From contig NC_086118.1 in NCBI RefSeq assembly GCF_963921235.1, positions 20,028,001 through 20,092,000 on the forward strand: a stretch of 64,000 bases of DNA, read 5' to 3'. The translations under genes were made by a program, and so were the position numbers. Source of the stretch: Mobula hypostoma (lineage: Eukaryota). The notes under the pieces were generated by a model. The model was not told the origin of the DNA, searched no databases, and worked only from the letters and a program-made list of their open reading frames with translations. This document shows positions 63,901 to 64,000 of the stretch, piece after piece (within the stretch, counting starts at the first letter, position 1; every line of letters begins with the position of its first letter).

Positions 63901-64000
63901 CATCCCTCCTAAACTCCACCCCTTTTCCATTGTGCCTTATCGTTAGAATTCAAATATGTCACTAGCAGATACAAATATTTACAAAATCAAAAAGTGTGGA

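Overview
Eukaryotic, transposon-rich vertebrate DNA. The repeat make-up (CR1 LINEs, HE1/V-type SINEs, Penelope-like tails, Rex1/L2, Tc1) suggests a cartilaginous fish, probably a ray or skate; this is an inference. Only one host gene is well supported: a single coding exon at 19300-20676 (+) for a 458-aa type I membrane protein (signal peptide, LRRs, LRRCT, one Ig domain, TM helix, Pro-rich tail) that I cannot assign to a named family. Most of the rest is nested, mostly decayed mobile DNA: two Ty3/gypsy relics (one a chromovirus), at least seven solo LTRs (five with exact TSDs), Tc1 and pogo/Tigger transposons, CR1, RTE, Rex1/L2, HERO- and R4-type LINE pieces, tRNA-derived SINEs and a 24-bp minisatellite. 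The most notable non-coding signal is a family of Penelope-like terminal repeats carrying a minimal hammerhead ribozyme motif (CUGANGA...GAAAC-GUC). It occurs in at least six copies: one keeps an intact catalytic core (45591-45628), and several sit in inverted or hairpin arrangements. Most short ORFs in the six-frame track are TE fragments or noise. All family calls come from motif recognition by eye, not database searches. Boundaries without TSDs or TIRs are approximate.
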